A DNA stretch of 20,502 bases from Naegleria gruberi. Lineage: Eukaryota. The position numbers were made by a program, and so were the translations under genes. Within the stretch, counting starts at the first letter, position 1. The number at the start of each line of letters is the position of its first letter. Below are positions 19,363-20,502 of this stretch, piece after piece. Location: assembly GCA_000004985.1 (NCBI GenBank), contig GG738953.1. One strand, given 5' to 3'. The notes under the pieces were generated by a model that saw nothing but the letters and a program-made list of their open reading frames with translations, was not told the origin of the DNA and did no database searches.

Positions 19363-19664
19363 GTACGTCGTCTTTCGAGTCAGTAAGAGAGTGATTGGAA
19401 GAAGAGGAACTGAGTTAGTTGATTCATTGATTTTAAAATTGATCAACTAGATAAAAAGTATTTTGGTTAAAAAAATTCATAATTTGATCAACAAGTATTA
19501 CATTCGAATCTAAAGTTACAAAGGAAAAGTTTCAGCCACGTTATAAAACTAAATTGTGAAATTGATGAAAATTGTCTAAACTTTATGAGATAGTCAACAA
19601 TGAAAATAAGCAACATTGGAATTCCACTGAAATGAAGATTATTTACATGTTAGTTTTTTAATAT

Positions 19665-20201
19665 TTACAATTTGTTGGATAACCAATCCAATCCCTCGAA
19701 TAAACCAGAACCATTCAAAGCACTACATGGCTGTATGTACCAATCTTGCTTGATTGAATTTAATTGTAGATTCTTTGCAATATCTGTGACATTAGCAGCT
19801 CTCGGTAAATCTTGCTTATTAGCCCACACCAATAACTTGGCATTTGACAATGATGGATCCTCCATCACTTTATGCAATGTTTCTGACACTTCTTCAAATC
19901 TCTCTCTATCATTCGAATCTACAATGAAAATCACAGCATCTGTTCCATTGTAATAGTGTCTCCACAAGGTTCTAATCATATCCTGACCACCAATGTCAAA
20001 AACTCTGAATTGAACTCTCTTGTATTGAATCACTTCGGCATTGAAACCAATGGTAGGTATAGTACTGACATTCTCATCTAATTGTATCTTGTACAGAGTT
20101 GAGGTTTTACCAGCTGCATCCAAACCTAGGAAGAGAATTTTGGCTTCCTTTTGTTCGAATAAGGACAAGCCCTTGATCATGTTAGAAAGTAATTGACCCA
20201 T
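19665..20201 (-). CDS. ARF: ADP-ribosylation factor (ARF-family small GTPase, ARF1-like), an intronless 178-aa ORF.
   Basis: ATG 20201 sits in a 'caaaaATGG' context. The protein starts with Gly2 (N-myristoylation). G1 is GLDAAGKT, G3 is DIGGQ and G4 is [26 protein letters not shown] and the C-terminal [13 protein letters not shown] are near-identical to ARF1 signatures. The stop is TAA at 19664-19662. Confidence 0.9.
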   Translation of the reverse strand: MGQLLSNMIKGLSLFEQKEAKILFLGLDAAGKTSTLYKIQLDENVSTIPTIGFNAEVIQYKRVQFRVFDIGGQDMIRTLWRHYYNGTDAVIFIVDSNDRERFEEVSETLHKVMEDPSLSNAKLLVWANKQDLPRAANVTDIAKNLQLNSIKQDWYIQPCSALNGSGLFEGLDWLSNKL

Positions 20202-20502
20202 TTTTGAATTAATTATTGAAGAATGATATAATTGAAGTTTTGTTGTTTTTTTTCAAATTGTTGTTGAGTAATTTTCAGTAATATTCTGCAGTTTTAAAGT
20301 GAAATCCACGCAATTCTGTCGTCATCATTTTTTTGTAAACTTGAAAAATGTCGTCAGCAGCAGATAAATATAGATTGTCTTGTAAATTTACCATAGTAGT
20401 GTTTGGTGTAGTGACAAAGCTCAAAAAGCTATTGACTCGACAATCACGTGATTATGTGTTAATGTTTCAATTGAAAACATGAAAGAATAAAAGCAAAAGT
20501 AA

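Noticed and set aside
19219-19446. 75-aa minus-strand ORF (MINFKINEST...) covering the GC-rich island.
   Set aside because: It has no recognisable domain and a low-complexity start, and it exists mainly because of the GC-rich patch. The plus-strand splice-signal interpretation explains the region better, and neither reading is confident.
1-20502. Prokaryote-style features (operons, RBS, CRISPR arrays, rho-independent terminators).
   Set aside because: The sequence is eukaryotic, with spliceosomal introns, a eukaryote-type tRNA with pol III T-run termination, ARF, F-box proteins and a Harbinger transposon. No direct-repeat/spacer arrays are present.

Overview
This window is AT-rich eukaryotic nuclear DNA. 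It has GT-AG introns with pyrimidine-rich acceptors and branch-like CTAAY motifs. Stop codons are TAA/TGA, start contexts are 'aaaaATG', and a pol III tRNA gene is followed by a T-run. I found no prokaryotic operon structure or CRISPR array, and I cannot name the organism from the sequence alone. About 54% of the window is three runs of N (1360-5705, 9327-12250, 14481-18365). All very long six-frame ORFs crossing these runs are artefacts, and only the flanking bases can be interpreted.

Features I can support, from start to end:
- 5-634 (-): the N-terminal part of a TPR-repeat protein with an N-terminal membrane anchor; the 3' end runs off the window.
- 1077-1359 (-): a hydrophobic C-terminal fragment of a membrane protein next to gap 1.
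- 5706-6273 (+): a helicase-like P-loop domain with Walker A and UvrD/PIF1-like motifs II and III. It emerges from gap 1 and ends abruptly.
- 6323-7188 (+): an F-box-like gene with at least one 142-nt GT-AG intron.
- 7181-8086 (-): an intact PIF/Harbinger DDE transposase. It is transcribed divergently from a 366-aa lysine-rich/acidic ORF (8149-9249, +) across a 62-bp palindrome-rich intergenic region.
- 12251-14095 (-): a two-exon gene for a secreted protein with a signal peptide, NHL-type beta-propeller repeats and tandem ~39-aa tenascin-type 6-Cys EGF repeats. The EGF array runs into gap 2.
- 18556-19050 (+): a second F-box protein.
- 19122-19193 (-): tRNA-Glu(UUC).
- 19299-19362 (+): a 64-nt GC-rich island framed by consensus splice signals.
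- 19665-20201 (-): an intronless ARF-family GTPase.

The most interesting part is the Harbinger-like two-gene unit. I could not find its termini.
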